The notes beneath the pieces were generated by a model that was not told the origin of the DNA, searched no databases, and was given only the letters and a program-made list of their open reading frames with translations. A program made the position numbers and the translations under genes. Positions 29,883-41,628 of a DNA stretch of 64,000 bases are shown here, piece by piece (position 1 is the first letter of the stretch; every line of letters begins with the position of its first letter). The DNA is from Candidatus Latescibacterota bacterium (GTDB lineage: Bacteria; Latescibacterota; UBA2968; GCA-2709665): the NCBI GenBank assembly GCA_965208835.1, contig OZ242358.1, forward strand, positions 384,001-448,000, given 5' to 3'.

Positions 29883-30104
29883 TTATTGCGGGCGCTTGAG
29901 CTTTTCGACCCCGTGGTATTGACCGTTCGTACCAATTACGGTCAGGAACACGGCGTCGGATCCCTGGTTGTCGCCCGACCCGTATTTGAGCGGCATGCCG
30001 TCGGTTTCCTGGTAGTACGATGCCCGGACGTTGAGCACGTTGTTCAACTCCGGGTCACGCAAGAACTCGGCCCCGGTGAACGGAGCCAGGAAGGGTACGC
30101 CGGC
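29883..30104 (-). pseudogene. Remnant of periplasmic-binding-protein type 1 (branched-chain amino acid ABC SBP-like) gene with internal deletion
   Basis: VPFLAPFTGAEFLRDP..NVLNVRASYYQET joined directly to C-terminal-type YGSGDNQGSDAVFLTVI; 5' end abuts a repeat. Confidence 0.62.
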
Positions 30105-30251
30105 AATTCGAAGAAAGATAACCGTTAAATTGGCCACAAAAAGCACAAAAGGTATCGGTACCAAACGGCGTGTGCAGTAACGCCGTGACCTTGCGGTAAT
30201 TTCCGGCGATACACCCTGTAACAGAATCGCTGTTTTTGTGCCTCTTGTGGC
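30105..30251. repeat. GCCACAAAAAGCACAAAA-type inverted repeat element
   Basis: GCCACAAAAAGCACAAAA ... TTTTGTGCCTCTTGTGGC; related ends at 45991-46031 and 62503-62543. Confidence 0.62.
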
Positions 30252-30327
30252 AACTCGCCCTGAATCGAAAAATCCGGCAAGCCGACACCGCGGCGAAAAA
30301 TTCCGAAACGGAGCGGACGTCTGACGA

Positions 30328-31242
30328 TCATTCAGCGGTGTCGTCCTGCACAGCCCATCCCGGATCAGGGTCGCCGGCCATCGCCTTCCGAACGTCGGGG
30401 CCGGGCGCCCCTGCCGTGCCCCAGAGGTCAGCCGTTTCCGGCACCCGTCTCCACACCGCGGGTTTGTGCGTTGCTTCGTCTTCGATGAACGCTATGTCGC
30501 TCGAGAATTCGTTCACATATCCAGCCGGATCCCTGTAGTAACAGAAGATGTTGTTGCCCGGTCCGTGACGCCCCGGTCCCCAGTCGGGTTCCTGCCCCCG
30601 GGCACGCAGGTTGGAGACCCCTTTCATCACGTCGTCCACATTCGCCATCACATACGCAATATGGTTGACCGACGCGTAGTCTGCGCGACTGAAGACAATG
30701 ACGTGATGTCTCCGGCCGCAACGCAGGAAGGCCAACCGGTCCTCAATCCGGTCCGAGACCCGAAACCCGAGAATATCCGTGTAGAACGCCACGGTCTGCT
30801 CGAACCGCGGCGTGTTGAGACCCACGTGGCACAGCCGGCGTGGGGCGACTTTTCCGGTTGACCCGCCGCTCAGGTGTACGTCCACGTCGGCCGACAACTC
30901 GATGCAGCGGTTCTCCGGGTCAAGAAACCGCAGCCCGTATCCGCCGCCGGGTTCGTCCAGGTCGTCCGGCTGCGCGACGAGGGGGGTTCCCCGCCGTTCG
31001 AGTTCGGCTGCCGCCGCGTCGACTGCTTCGCATCCGTCAAGGCCGAAGGCCAGGTGGTGGAGCCCGGTCCGGCCGGCCGGATGCAGGCTGAGAACGTGGT
31101 GCCCGGTTGACGAGGCGCGGAGATATCGTGCGTGTCGGTGTTCTCCTGCCGACTGGAGTCCCCAGTCCTCGAGATAGTATCTGGTGTGGGCCGCGATCGC
31201 CGGCGACAACAACCCCACGTGGCGGATGTCCCGAATCTTCAT
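30328..31242 (-). CDS. VOC-family extradiol dioxygenase-like protein
   Basis: IRHVGL, LHHLAF, CHVGLN, FLRCGRRHH, NHIAY, GPGRHGPGNNIFCYYRDPAG..E. Confidence 0.85.
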   Translation of the reverse strand: MKIRDIRHVGLLSPAIAAHTRYYLEDWGLQSAGEHRHARYLRASSTGHHVLSLHPAGRTGLHHLAFGLDGCEAVDAAAAELERRGTPLVAQPDDLDEPGGGYGLRFLDPENRCIELSADVDVHLSGGSTGKVAPRRLCHVGLNTPRFEQTVAFYTDILGFRVSDRIEDRLAFLRCGRRHHVIVFSRADYASVNHIAYVMANVDDVMKGVSNLRARGQEPDWGPGRHGPGNNIFCYYRDPAGYVNEFSSDIAFIEDEATHKPAVWRRVPETADLWGTAGAPGPDVRKAMAGDPDPGWAVQDDTAE

Positions 31243-31958
31243 AAGTGGGGTTCTCTTAATGGTCGCCTGGCGGGTTTTCCTCCCGATCTCCTCCGGGTCA
31301 ACTCGATCTTCAAGTCCCGTCGAATGTAGATTTCGATGAACTCGCGCAGCCACACTTCCTTCGCAAGCGTGAATCGCTCGATCAGTTTCTGCTCGGGTCT
31401 GTGAGTGAGATAAACGATTCGCCACAGGTTGAGGGGTCGCAATTCGTCACCATCGACCGAATGCTCAACGTGAAAGAGCGGCTGTCCTTCGCCCGCTCGC
31501 AGCAGGATCCCGTCCTGGTCGAGGAGTTCCGATGCCCCGATGAAAGTGGCACTCTGCCGAGCAGGGTTGAGGAATACCTGCTCAAGGACCAATCCGTTCT
31601 CCGAGGGCTCAAGCCAGAGGCGCTGCCGCGAGCATCGCACGAAGGATTCGGCGCCGCCGGCCGCCGCCTGCCGGCGCCAATAGCGGGAGCTTTCCTCCGA
31701 TACGACCGAAGGGATATACAGGTCGGGCCGGAACGCCTTTTTCACCTCCATGTCCCATAACATGGACCGGGTGAACTTGAGCGGCTTGTTCGTGCGGTAA
31801 TGCCTGGAGAGCGCCAGATTGATGTCCACCGGAGACAACTCGATTCGTGTGTTGTCCGGGTCGGCCCAGGCCCGCTCGAACGCCTCTTCATGCCTCAGTT
31901 GGGCGACCGGCTTCGATGCCTGCTTCCTAGGGCTGGCATCTTCCGCTTCGCGTCTCAC
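31239..31958 (-). CDS. Hypothetical protein, weak resemblance to DUF1857/AtaL SRPBCC fold
   Basis: FTRSMLWDMEVKKAFRPDLYIP motif; stop overlaps next start; GTG start inferred. Confidence 0.55.
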   Translation of the reverse strand: MRREAEDASPRKQASKPVAQLRHEEAFERAWADPDNTRIELSPVDINLALSRHYRTNKPLKFTRSMLWDMEVKKAFRPDLYIPSVVSEESSRYWRRQAAAGGAESFVRCSRQRLWLEPSENGLVLEQVFLNPARQSATFIGASELLDQDGILLRAGEGQPLFHVEHSVDGDELRPLNLWRIVYLTHRPEQKLIERFTLAKEVWLREFIEIYIRRDLKIELTRRRSGGKPARRPLREPHL

Positions 31959-32154
31959 GACTAACCTTGATTCGTAAGTCTTCGGGGACGTTAATTCGAA
32001 TATGTGCTTGTAAATAAAGGCGATTAAACGGCGGATTACCAGGATACACCAGGTCACTGGACGTGAAGGGAAAAAACGTCATTCTATACGTCGATATCGC
32101 CCCGTTTCGGAGGGTTTTATCGTGTCGCCGCGTTGCTGTTTTTTCGGATTGAGG

Positions 32155-33924
32155 CTAACTCTCCCGGCTCTTCCCTTGGCCAATCTCCGGGACTTTCACG
32201 TGAACGGTTACGATTTCCGTGTCGTGGAACTGCTGGTGGCGAACGGAAGACGCGATGTGCCGCAACAGCCGCAGCGAGACCTCCCGCTCCATCAGTACCT
32301 CGTCAGGGGTCTCGGTGAGCAGGGCGATCCTGTTCTGAAGGTTATCCTCGCCGGACGCTGCTACGAACTCGAGGACGGCCCCGTCGGCTTCCTTGCGCGC
32401 CTGCAGGAGCAGACGCCGACCCTCGCGTTTCTCGTGGTCCTCATCCTCCCCGATCAGTGTCAGCAACGTCTCCTCGCTGGCGGCGTCGAGACGGTCGACC
32501 ATTTTCGCACCCCAGCCGCTGCGGGATGCGAACGTATCGAGGAACTCCCTGATCTTCGGAAGCACGGACAGGTCGAGCGCCGTTTCGATCCGGCTGCGGC
32601 GCTGCGCCGTCAATTCCAGAAACAGGGTCATGAGGATCGCCATGATACCGCCGGCCGTGATGCCGTTGCTCAGCAGGCCGCCCCCCAGCTCCGCGAGAAG
32701 TTCGGGGAACAGGAGGTCGTTCTGGCAGCCCACGCCGACCCAGAAGGCGACACCTGTGATCAGGGCCTTGCGATGGTCGATTCCGCCCTGCACCACCTCC
32801 GTCATCCCCCTGACGAAGGTCATTGCCAGCACGACGGTCAGATAAGCGACGACGACCGGGCTGGGTATCGCCAGTATCATGGCAAGGACCTTGGGCAGGA
32901 ACGCAAGTACGACCAGCACGCCAGCCGCAACGATTCCAACGCGGCGTGCTGCGACGCCCGTCAGCTCGACCGTCGGGACGCTGACTCCGATGGTCTGAGT
33001 CGGCACGATTCCCGCGATGCCTGACAGCAGTTTACCGATGCCGTCCGCCGTTACTGCACCCTCCACCGCCCGGTAGTCCACGGCCCGCGGCTGGCGCCAC
33101 GACACGCGCTGGATGGCGACCGCACCGGTGATCGTCTGGATAGCGCCGATGAGGGAAACGAACGCGAAGGCAGGCAGGAGTTCCACAAAGGCCGGGCCGA
33201 GGTCGAGCCCGATTCCCGGCCAGCCGCCCTGGGGCAAACCGATCCACGGAGCCCGGGCAATCAGATCGAAGTCATAGAGCCCCATCGATCCGCCAATAAC
33301 CGAGCCCGCTATTACCCCGATGAGCGGCGCCCACAGACGCAACGTTGCCCCGGCCTTCAGGGAGATGCCGCCGATGACCAGCCCCGTCGCCACGGCGGTG
33401 AGCGGCGCACTGAGCGCCGTCTCGGGCGGCGCGTCGGCCAGGCGACTGAATACGACCGGCAGCACGGTCGCAGGTATCAGCATGTTCACCGTGCCGACGA
33501 TGGTCGGTGTCAGAAGCCGCCTGAACAGGGCCAACCGCATCGAGATCACGATCGGGACGAGCGACGATGCGACGACCAGGGTGGCGAGAAGCGGCGGACC
33601 GCCCTCGTTGAGGGCGCTGACGCAGACCCCTATGAAGGCTCCGGCGGGGCCCATGAAGAGCAGGTATCCTGCTCCGACGCGGCTCAGCCTGACCGCTTGC
33701 AGAGCCGTGCAGACGCCACTCACGGCGACTGCGCCGAACACGGCCCAGGACAGGTACGCATCGGTTCCGCCGCTGACCCGGATGATAATCGTGGGGATAA
33801 AGATGATGCTGGTTATGCCGAGAACGACGAGCTGGAGGCCGCTGCCCAGAGACACAAGCGCCGGAGGATTCTCGTGGGGTTCGTATTGAACGCTGGAAGC
33901 GCTTTGCTCGTCACGGCTGCTCAC
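32155..33924 (-). CDS. NCS2 (xanthine/uracil) family permease with C-terminal soluble domain
   Basis: YEPHENPP, GLQ, TALQ..R..VGAG, ADGIG, TGVAARRVG, PKV; about 150-aa extension. Confidence 0.85.
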   Translation of the reverse strand: MSSRDEQSASSVQYEPHENPPALVSLGSGLQLVVLGITSIIFIPTIIIRVSGGTDAYLSWAVFGAVAVSGVCTALQAVRLSRVGAGYLLFMGPAGAFIGVCVSALNEGGPPLLATLVVASSLVPIVISMRLALFRRLLTPTIVGTVNMLIPATVLPVVFSRLADAPPETALSAPLTAVATGLVIGGISLKAGATLRLWAPLIGVIAGSVIGGSMGLYDFDLIARAPWIGLPQGGWPGIGLDLGPAFVELLPAFAFVSLIGAIQTITGAVAIQRVSWRQPRAVDYRAVEGAVTADGIGKLLSGIAGIVPTQTIGVSVPTVELTGVAARRVGIVAAGVLVVLAFLPKVLAMILAIPSPVVVAYLTVVLAMTFVRGMTEVVQGGIDHRKALITGVAFWVGVGCQNDLLFPELLAELGGGLLSNGITAGGIMAILMTLFLELTAQRRSRIETALDLSVLPKIREFLDTFASRSGWGAKMVDRLDAASEETLLTLIGEDEDHEKREGRRLLLQARKEADGAVLEFVAASGEDNLQNRIALLTETPDEVLMEREVSLRLLRHIASSVRHQQFHDTEIVTVHVKVPEIGQGKSRES

Positions 33925-33961
33925 GAGTCTACCCTGCAGGATTGGGCGGTCCGGAACGGGC

Positions 33962-34261
33962 TCAGGCAGGCCGCCCCGTCAACCAGTTCCATGGTCGGAT
34001 GTGAGACTCGGCGAAGATGCCCGCCTGGGCATAGGGACTGCCGGCGACAAAGGCCTGAGCCACCTCGAGCGAGGGCGCTTCGAGTACGAGGACCAGACCG
34101 GTGACTGACTCGCCACTCTCGCTGAGCGTCTGCCCGCCGTGATGAACGGACACATCGGGATGTTGGGCATGATCGTGAAGGTACGCGGCGAATGCATCCT
34201 GCAATCCGGCCCTTTCCTGTCCCTTTTCCGCCTTGTGAGTTGCGAAGACGACGAAATACAT
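33962..34261 (-). CDS. YciI-family protein
   Basis: 99 aa, TGLVLVLEAPSLEVAQAFVAGSPYAQAGIF...IRPW. Confidence 0.8.
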   Translation of the reverse strand: MYFVVFATHKAEKGQERAGLQDAFAAYLHDHAQHPDVSVHHGGQTLSESGESVTGLVLVLEAPSLEVAQAFVAGSPYAQAGIFAESHIRPWNWLTGRPA

Positions 34262-34592
34262 ATGGCACCCTCCGTTTGCTGCCGGGATGCTCGCAAGACC
34301 ACGTCAGTTTGAGGAAACGCGTGCAACCGGCAGTCGATCACTTGAGTTGCGGGAACGTACGGATTCTCCACGTTTCGACACCCGCTTGTCGCAATAGCGT
34401 AGGTGACGCCACCGAAACTAGACGAAGTGTCGATAAAGGTGGTTTCGTATTAAATAGTATAATGGAATCGGTACCGATGGCAACCCTGCGAGGCAGCCCG
34501 GTATGACACGGCAGGGTACACGGGAGGCCTTTCAGGAAGCCTCAAAATGCGGCATCACAGGCGTTCCTGGAAGGCTGATGGACACCCACTGA

Positions 34593-35492
34593 TTACCTCA
34601 ATCCATTGATGTCATATCTTGATACAAAATTCCAGATCAGCGCGCTCGTATTGGCGCCGTCGCAGTTGATATCGAACCAGACGTGCCCTCCGTTGACCAC
34701 CTTGTAATGTTCAACGGAGGTATTTTTGTCTCCATTCGACCAGGAATGGCGTTCAATCGTCGTCGCGCCGTCGGCGATGCGGTTCACCGTGGGAGTTGCG
34801 CCGGTATTGTTGAAATCCGTCCAATAATCGAGCACGTCGTCGATTGACTTCAGTCCCGAACCTCCGCCATACGGGACAACAGCGTCTGATGTGCCATGGA
34901 TATTGATCATGGCGGTGGGGCGCGACGGGCTGCAGTTGTTAAAGGTCTCCACCATCATCGTTCCGGCAACGGAACCGATGGCCGCTATTTTGTTACTGTG
35001 GTAGCAGGCGAGCGCATACGTAAAAAACGCGCCATTCGAGTAGCCGCAGGAATAGACTCTTGCCGGGTCGATCCTGTAATTGGCTGAGATCTCACCGATC
35101 AGCGCTTCCACGAAGCCGAAGTCATCCGCATCGCTCTTGTTGGTATCCGATTCCAGACCGGCATTCCAGTGCGGGTTTCCATCCAGCAGGGTGCCTTGAG
35201 GATAGACCAGAATGAAATTTTCTGAATCCGCCAATGACCGCATATCCGCGAATCTCAGATACCGGGCCGCGTTCTGGCCGAATCCGTGAAAGTTGAACAT
35301 CAGCGGGACATTTGAAGTCTCATCATAGGAATCCGGCACATAGAGAGTGTATGTTCTGGTTACGCCGTTATGGGAAAGTGTTTGTGTAAACTGACCCGAT
35401 GAATCAGGCGCATCGAGCGGGATATCATCATTGCCTGAACAGGAAATCAGACCTGTAAGCGTCACGGCAGAAATGAAAAAAAGCCTTGTCAT
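34593..35492 (-). CDS. PHB depolymerase/LpqC-like esterase, probable lipoprotein
   Basis: LISC lipobox, NFHG, VYPQG, GYSNG, IHGTSD, GGHVW. Confidence 0.85.
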   Translation of the reverse strand: MTRLFFISAVTLTGLISCSGNDDIPLDAPDSSGQFTQTLSHNGVTRTYTLYVPDSYDETSNVPLMFNFHGFGQNAARYLRFADMRSLADSENFILVYPQGTLLDGNPHWNAGLESDTNKSDADDFGFVEALIGEISANYRIDPARVYSCGYSNGAFFTYALACYHSNKIAAIGSVAGTMMVETFNNCSPSRPTAMINIHGTSDAVVPYGGGSGLKSIDDVLDYWTDFNNTGATPTVNRIADGATTIERHSWSNGDKNTSVEHYKVVNGGHVWFDINCDGANTSALIWNFVSRYDINGLR

Positions 35493-35509
35493 CAAGGCAG
35501 TCCCCAGAT

Positions 35510-35726
35510 GCGGTGAGACGGTAGAGGTGAGACGGTAGAAGAAATGCGGGTAGAGGGAAGAGGGTAGACGGTAGAAGAAGCCCTTGCCGATTTGTTCCTA
35601 CGACTTGCCTGCGGCAAAAAAGAATCCCTTTACGGCATCCGATCTCTCCCGTCTAACGTCTCCCCTCTCACCGAGTGGTGGCGCGGGGTGTGGTCCTCTC
35701 CCCTCTTCCGTCTTGCATCTACCCGC
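35510..35726 (+). repeat. Heptamer-armed element, copy D (nested, doubled arms)
   Basis: Two left arms, core, two right arms separated by GGTGG...GTGTGGTC. Confidence 0.78.
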
Positions 35727-35766
35727 TTTTGAGGGGCCGGGGGGAGAGGTCAGGCTGACAGCTGTT

Positions 35767-36906
35767 TCAATATAGGCCGGGGAAGATCCGATACTTCACG
35801 CGCGCCTGATACTCCGCCCACTTATCGGGGCCGTATTTCTCCGCGCAGTAGATGTCGTCATCGTGTTGACGCCAACTGAACATCGCGATGATGAAGGCAA
35901 AGTAGGTCCAGACCCAGGGATTCGTGAAGTAGCCGAAAACCAGGGCGATCGACAGGGCGAGGATCCCTTCGCCCATGTAGTTGAAGTGGCGTGCGACACC
36001 CCATAGCCCGCTGCACAGGATCTTTCGGTCTCCGGCCTCGATGTACTCGGGTTCGATAAGGCCGAGAAACTTGCGTTCGGGCCATCGCTTGAACGAGTAT
36101 TTCTGCAGGTTGGCGCCGCGCGAGATACCCCACCCGAACAGGAACAGCGCGCCCGCGCCGATGAGCCAGACATACGTCCACGTCGGCGAGAATCCCGGAT
36201 CCGGGTAGGCCGCCATACCCCACAACGGAAGGATGAACAGCCATCCGTAGACGACGAGGCAGCCCCAAAGCAACTTGAAGCCGAGCCTTTCATGGATCAG
36301 ATCGAAGGTATATAGCTGGACGCGCTCGAAAACGCAGTAGTCCAGAATGTAGAACGCGAAGAACGCCGCGTAAAGGAAGACGCCCGGATTGGAATCTTCG
36401 CCAAAGAGCTTGTAGTGATAGGCGGCCCCGGACAGGGCGTTGAGTGCCAGCATCGCCCCACCCACGACATACAGATACATCTTCACGTCAATGCGGTTGT
36501 TGAAGAACGACAATTCACGGGCCCGCCCGAACCACAGCGCCAGAAGCGGATTCTTTACCTCGCCACGCGGCTGACTGAACACCGCGACGATTGTAAAGAT
36601 CATGGCGAAGACCGTTCCGCCGGTCACAGAATAGATGGAGGTCCGGTAAAACCAGTCCAGGGGGATGCCGGTGAGTTCGAATGCCCATACGATCAGCGCG
36701 ATTGCATACACCAGCAGCCCGTTCAGCCGGTAACTGCGGGGCTGACCCGTTTCCGGATTGATAACGTAGCCCGGGACCCGTCTTCCCGGTAATATAAGCT
36801 GCGCCAGGAAGAACGCGACGAAGATCGCCAGCGGGGCGAAAAATCCCGCAATTGCTTCCGTGTGGGAAAGCTCGAACAGGTGGCCGATACCAAGCCATTC
36901 AATCAC
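35767..36906 (-). CDS. Sterol reductase, ERG4/ERG24/DHCR7 family
   Basis: YRLNGL, GRARE, DLIHERLGFKLLWGCL, ANLQK..F, SGLWGVARHFNYMGE, DD..CAEKYG..W..Y...VKYRIFPGLY. Confidence 0.88.
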   Translation of the reverse strand: MIEWLGIGHLFELSHTEAIAGFFAPLAIFVAFFLAQLILPGRRVPGYVINPETGQPRSYRLNGLLVYAIALIVWAFELTGIPLDWFYRTSIYSVTGGTVFAMIFTIVAVFSQPRGEVKNPLLALWFGRARELSFFNNRIDVKMYLYVVGGAMLALNALSGAAYHYKLFGEDSNPGVFLYAAFFAFYILDYCVFERVQLYTFDLIHERLGFKLLWGCLVVYGWLFILPLWGMAAYPDPGFSPTWTYVWLIGAGALFLFGWGISRGANLQKYSFKRWPERKFLGLIEPEYIEAGDRKILCSGLWGVARHFNYMGEGILALSIALVFGYFTNPWVWTYFAFIIAMFSWRQHDDDIYCAEKYGPDKWAEYQARVKYRIFPGLY

Positions 36907-37076
36907 GGTCGAATTCCCCTTTCTCCAGTGACTCCGTCATTCACGTTGATCGTCTCTGTCAGCGTGCCATCGCGAGTCGGCGCCGGCCTCGGCAGGCTCG
37001 TGATACCGCGATTCATCCCGGCCACCAGGAAGAGGACCGGACATCGTGCGAGACGCTTGAGCGGTTGTCCGAAACT

Positions 37077-37565
37077 TCATTCAGACGTCCCCTGGGGCGC
37101 CGGAAAACCGTGCTGAAGGATGGCCTCGGTCGAGGTCAGCAACGTCTTCCAACCCTGCTCTGCCCGCTCCGTGTACACCGCGAAGGTCGACGGCATCCTG
37201 TGGGTGAGCCTCGCCGAGCAACCGCCCGCCCGGGGAGCGATCTCGATCCTCACAATCGATGATCCCTCCCGCTCTGACAGCTCCCTCGTAAACCAGGTGC
37301 ACTGGATGACCGAGGGGCGCTCCAGGGTCAGGTAGGTGCCCCAATGGCGCATCTCTTCGCCATCACGCATGTCGCTGAACATGAAGGCGCCGCCGGGACG
37401 AGGATCGGTCTCGATTCGAACGATGTTTCCCGGAAGGCCGAACTTTAACAGGGCATGGCTCATCCACCTCCGGATGTCCTGAGGGTTGAGCCATGCATCG
37501 AAGACTTCGTCCGCCGTTGCATGCCGGAACCGATGCTCCACGCTGACTTCGAACACCTCACTCAT
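37077..37565 (-). CDS. SRPBCC/AHSA1 domain protein
   Basis: EVFDAWLNP..IRRW, DPRPGG, GTYLTLERP, QGW. Confidence 0.82.
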   Translation of the reverse strand: MSEVFEVSVEHRFRHATADEVFDAWLNPQDIRRWMSHALLKFGLPGNIVRIETDPRPGGAFMFSDMRDGEEMRHWGTYLTLERPSVIQCTWFTRELSEREGSSIVRIEIAPRAGGCSARLTHRMPSTFAVYTERAEQGWKTLLTSTEAILQHGFPAPQGTSE

Positions 37566-37773
37566 TTCGTCATTCCTTCCCCTGGTCTTTCCAGACGGGG
37601 AGCGCAGCTTCGAAGGCAGAGATCCGTTCCCGCAGAACGTCGTCGCTGTCGGCCTCTATGGTCTTCTCGAACCGGCTGGCGCGCAACTCGTCCCCGGAAT
37701 CCGTCCACATCGACGGACCGCTTCAGTCCGGTAGACGGGCGCGGACGTCTCACCAGGATCAGCGGCAACGCGG

Positions 37774-38232
37774 CTAATGGGAAACGTGGGCTTCCGGATT
37801 GCGATCCGCCACCAGATCCAGGGCAATTCCGTGTTCCAACCAGGCCTTGAGCGCGGCGAGGACGAGAGAGAAACCCCCCATGGAGTCCAGTGCCATGGCG
37901 ACGACCTCCTCCCCGGTCCCCCGGAACCCCGTGTTCGAGATCTCAACGAGGGTCGCTTCCGCGCCACGAGAGGTGAACCGCCACTCGACGGTCGTCGACG
38001 GCTCGTCCCATTCGATGAGAATCCTGGAGGGCGTCTCGATGGTCTTGACGTGGACGTCCGCGGAGGCTCCGTACATCTCCCACTCCCACGTAACCCCAGC
38101 GCCCGGCGCCAGCCTGCCGCTGCTCCTGGTGAACCAGAATCGGGTGGTGACGGCAGGATCGACGAACGCGTTGAACACTTCGTCGACTGGCCGACGGACC
38201 AGCATCTGTGCCTGAACAACAGGATCGATCAC
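37774..38232 (-). CDS. SRPBCC/AHSA1 domain protein
   Basis: VFNAFVDPAVTTRFWFT, GGFSLVLAALKAWLEHGI. Confidence 0.85.
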   Translation of the reverse strand: MIDPVVQAQMLVRRPVDEVFNAFVDPAVTTRFWFTRSSGRLAPGAGVTWEWEMYGASADVHVKTIETPSRILIEWDEPSTTVEWRFTSRGAEATLVEISNTGFRGTGEEVVAMALDSMGGFSLVLAALKAWLEHGIALDLVADRNPEAHVSH

Positions 38233-38244
38233 ATTTGCACCCTA

Positions 38245-38406
38245 CCAGCCCGTTGAAAAAGCCCATCCGGGCTGCGGCCGGCCCTTGCGGTCGAAATACG
38301 GCGTTGCGCGCCCTCGCCGAATCGCAGGATGGGACTCGGTTGCGCGCCTTGTCTTCGGCCACAATGGCTCAGCCTCGCCTGCAGAGCGACTTTATCAACG
38401 GACTGT
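38245..38406. mobile_element. MITE-like element family A, copy 1 (162 bp, TA-flanked)
   Basis: IR CAGCCCGTTGAAAAAG / CTTTATCAACGGACTG. Confidence 0.78.
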
Positions 38407-38431
38407 TACGGTTGCCAAACAGGGTAGAGCA

Positions 38432-38905
38432 TTAACCGGACTCGCGCAGCGCCTTGATTACAGCCCCGCCGTGCCCGGCAGCCCGGGCACGTTTCCAGAC
38501 TTTGGTCAGAACTCCGTCCGGGCCGATGATGAACGTCGACCGCGTCATTCCCTCGAAGCGACGGCCGTAGAGGACTTTCTCACCCCAGGCGCCATAGCGG
38601 GTGGAGACGGTTGCATCGGCATCCACCAGCAGCGGAAACGGCAGCCGCTGGCTTTCCCGGAAACCCCGGTGCGAATCGGCATCGTCTCTCGAAACGCCGA
38701 GCACGACTGCGTCCTCATCCACGATTTCGGCGTGATTATCCCGCAATGAGCAGGCCTGAATCGTACAGCCGGGTGTGTTATCGCGTGGATAGAAATAGAG
38801 TACGACCGTCCTGCCCCTGTATCCGGCCAGCGAATGGACGTTGCCGTCCTGATCGGCAAGTTCGAAATCCGGGGCCGCATCCCCTGCCGCCAGCGTGATT
38901 GCCAT
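38432..38905 (-). CDS. bcp: Thioredoxin-dependent thiol peroxidase (BCP/PrxQ)
   Basis: LYFYPRDNTPGCTIQAC, GVSRD, RSTFIIG. Confidence 0.92.
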   Translation of the reverse strand: MAITLAAGDAAPDFELADQDGNVHSLAGYRGRTVVLYFYPRDNTPGCTIQACSLRDNHAEIVDEDAVVLGVSRDDADSHRGFRESQRLPFPLLVDADATVSTRYGAWGEKVLYGRRFEGMTRSTFIIGPDGVLTKVWKRARAAGHGGAVIKALRESG

Positions 38906-38930
38906 CGTCGTTCCTTTCTCCACTACCGTA

Positions 38931-39115
38931 GCAGCCCGTTGAAAAAATCCATCCGGTCTGCGGGTGGCCCTTGCGGTCGAAATACTGCGTTGCGCTCCCT
39001 CGCCGAATCGCTCGATTCGACTCGGTTACGCGCCTTGTCTTCGGCCACAATGGCGACATATTTCAGGGACGGGACACCATACCTCGCCTGCAGAGCGACT
39101 TTATCAACGGACTGC
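38931..39115. mobile_element. MITE-like element family A, copy 2 (with short internal insertion)
   Basis: Same IRs and body as 38245-38406; TA flanks. Confidence 0.78.
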
Positions 39116-39145
39116 TAACGACGCTGTCGAGAGCGCCAGTTGAGA

Positions 39146-41314
<2,169 letters not shown>

Positions 41315-41317
41315 CTA

Positions 41318-41479
41318 ACAGCCCGTTGAAAAAGCCCATCCGGGCTACGGCCGGCCCTTGCGGTCGAAATACTGCGTTGCGCGCCATCGCCGAATCGCTG
41401 GATGGGACTCGGTCGTGCGCCTTGTCTTCGGCCACAATGGCTCGGCCTCGCCTGCAGAGCGACTCTATCAACGGACTGC
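41318..41479. mobile_element. MITE-like element family A, copy 3 (162 bp)
   Basis: Same IRs and body; TA flanks. Confidence 0.78.
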
Positions 41480-41628
41480 TAACCGTTGCAGGCTTGGTGT
41501 ATTGTTGGCGTAGACGGATAAAATAAGGCGTTCGCAGGTTCACAGGCAAGCGGAATCTGGCTTACGCAATGGCGGACTGCCCGTTGCCGATATCTCCGCC
41601 TGATTTGGGTATACATACTGCATTGATC

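Noticed and set aside
37570-37725. TGA at 37723-37725 (minus) followed by a hairpin, as a third Sec codon
   Set aside because: Upstream frame is closed by further stops with no start, and the stem begins only 5 nt after the TGA
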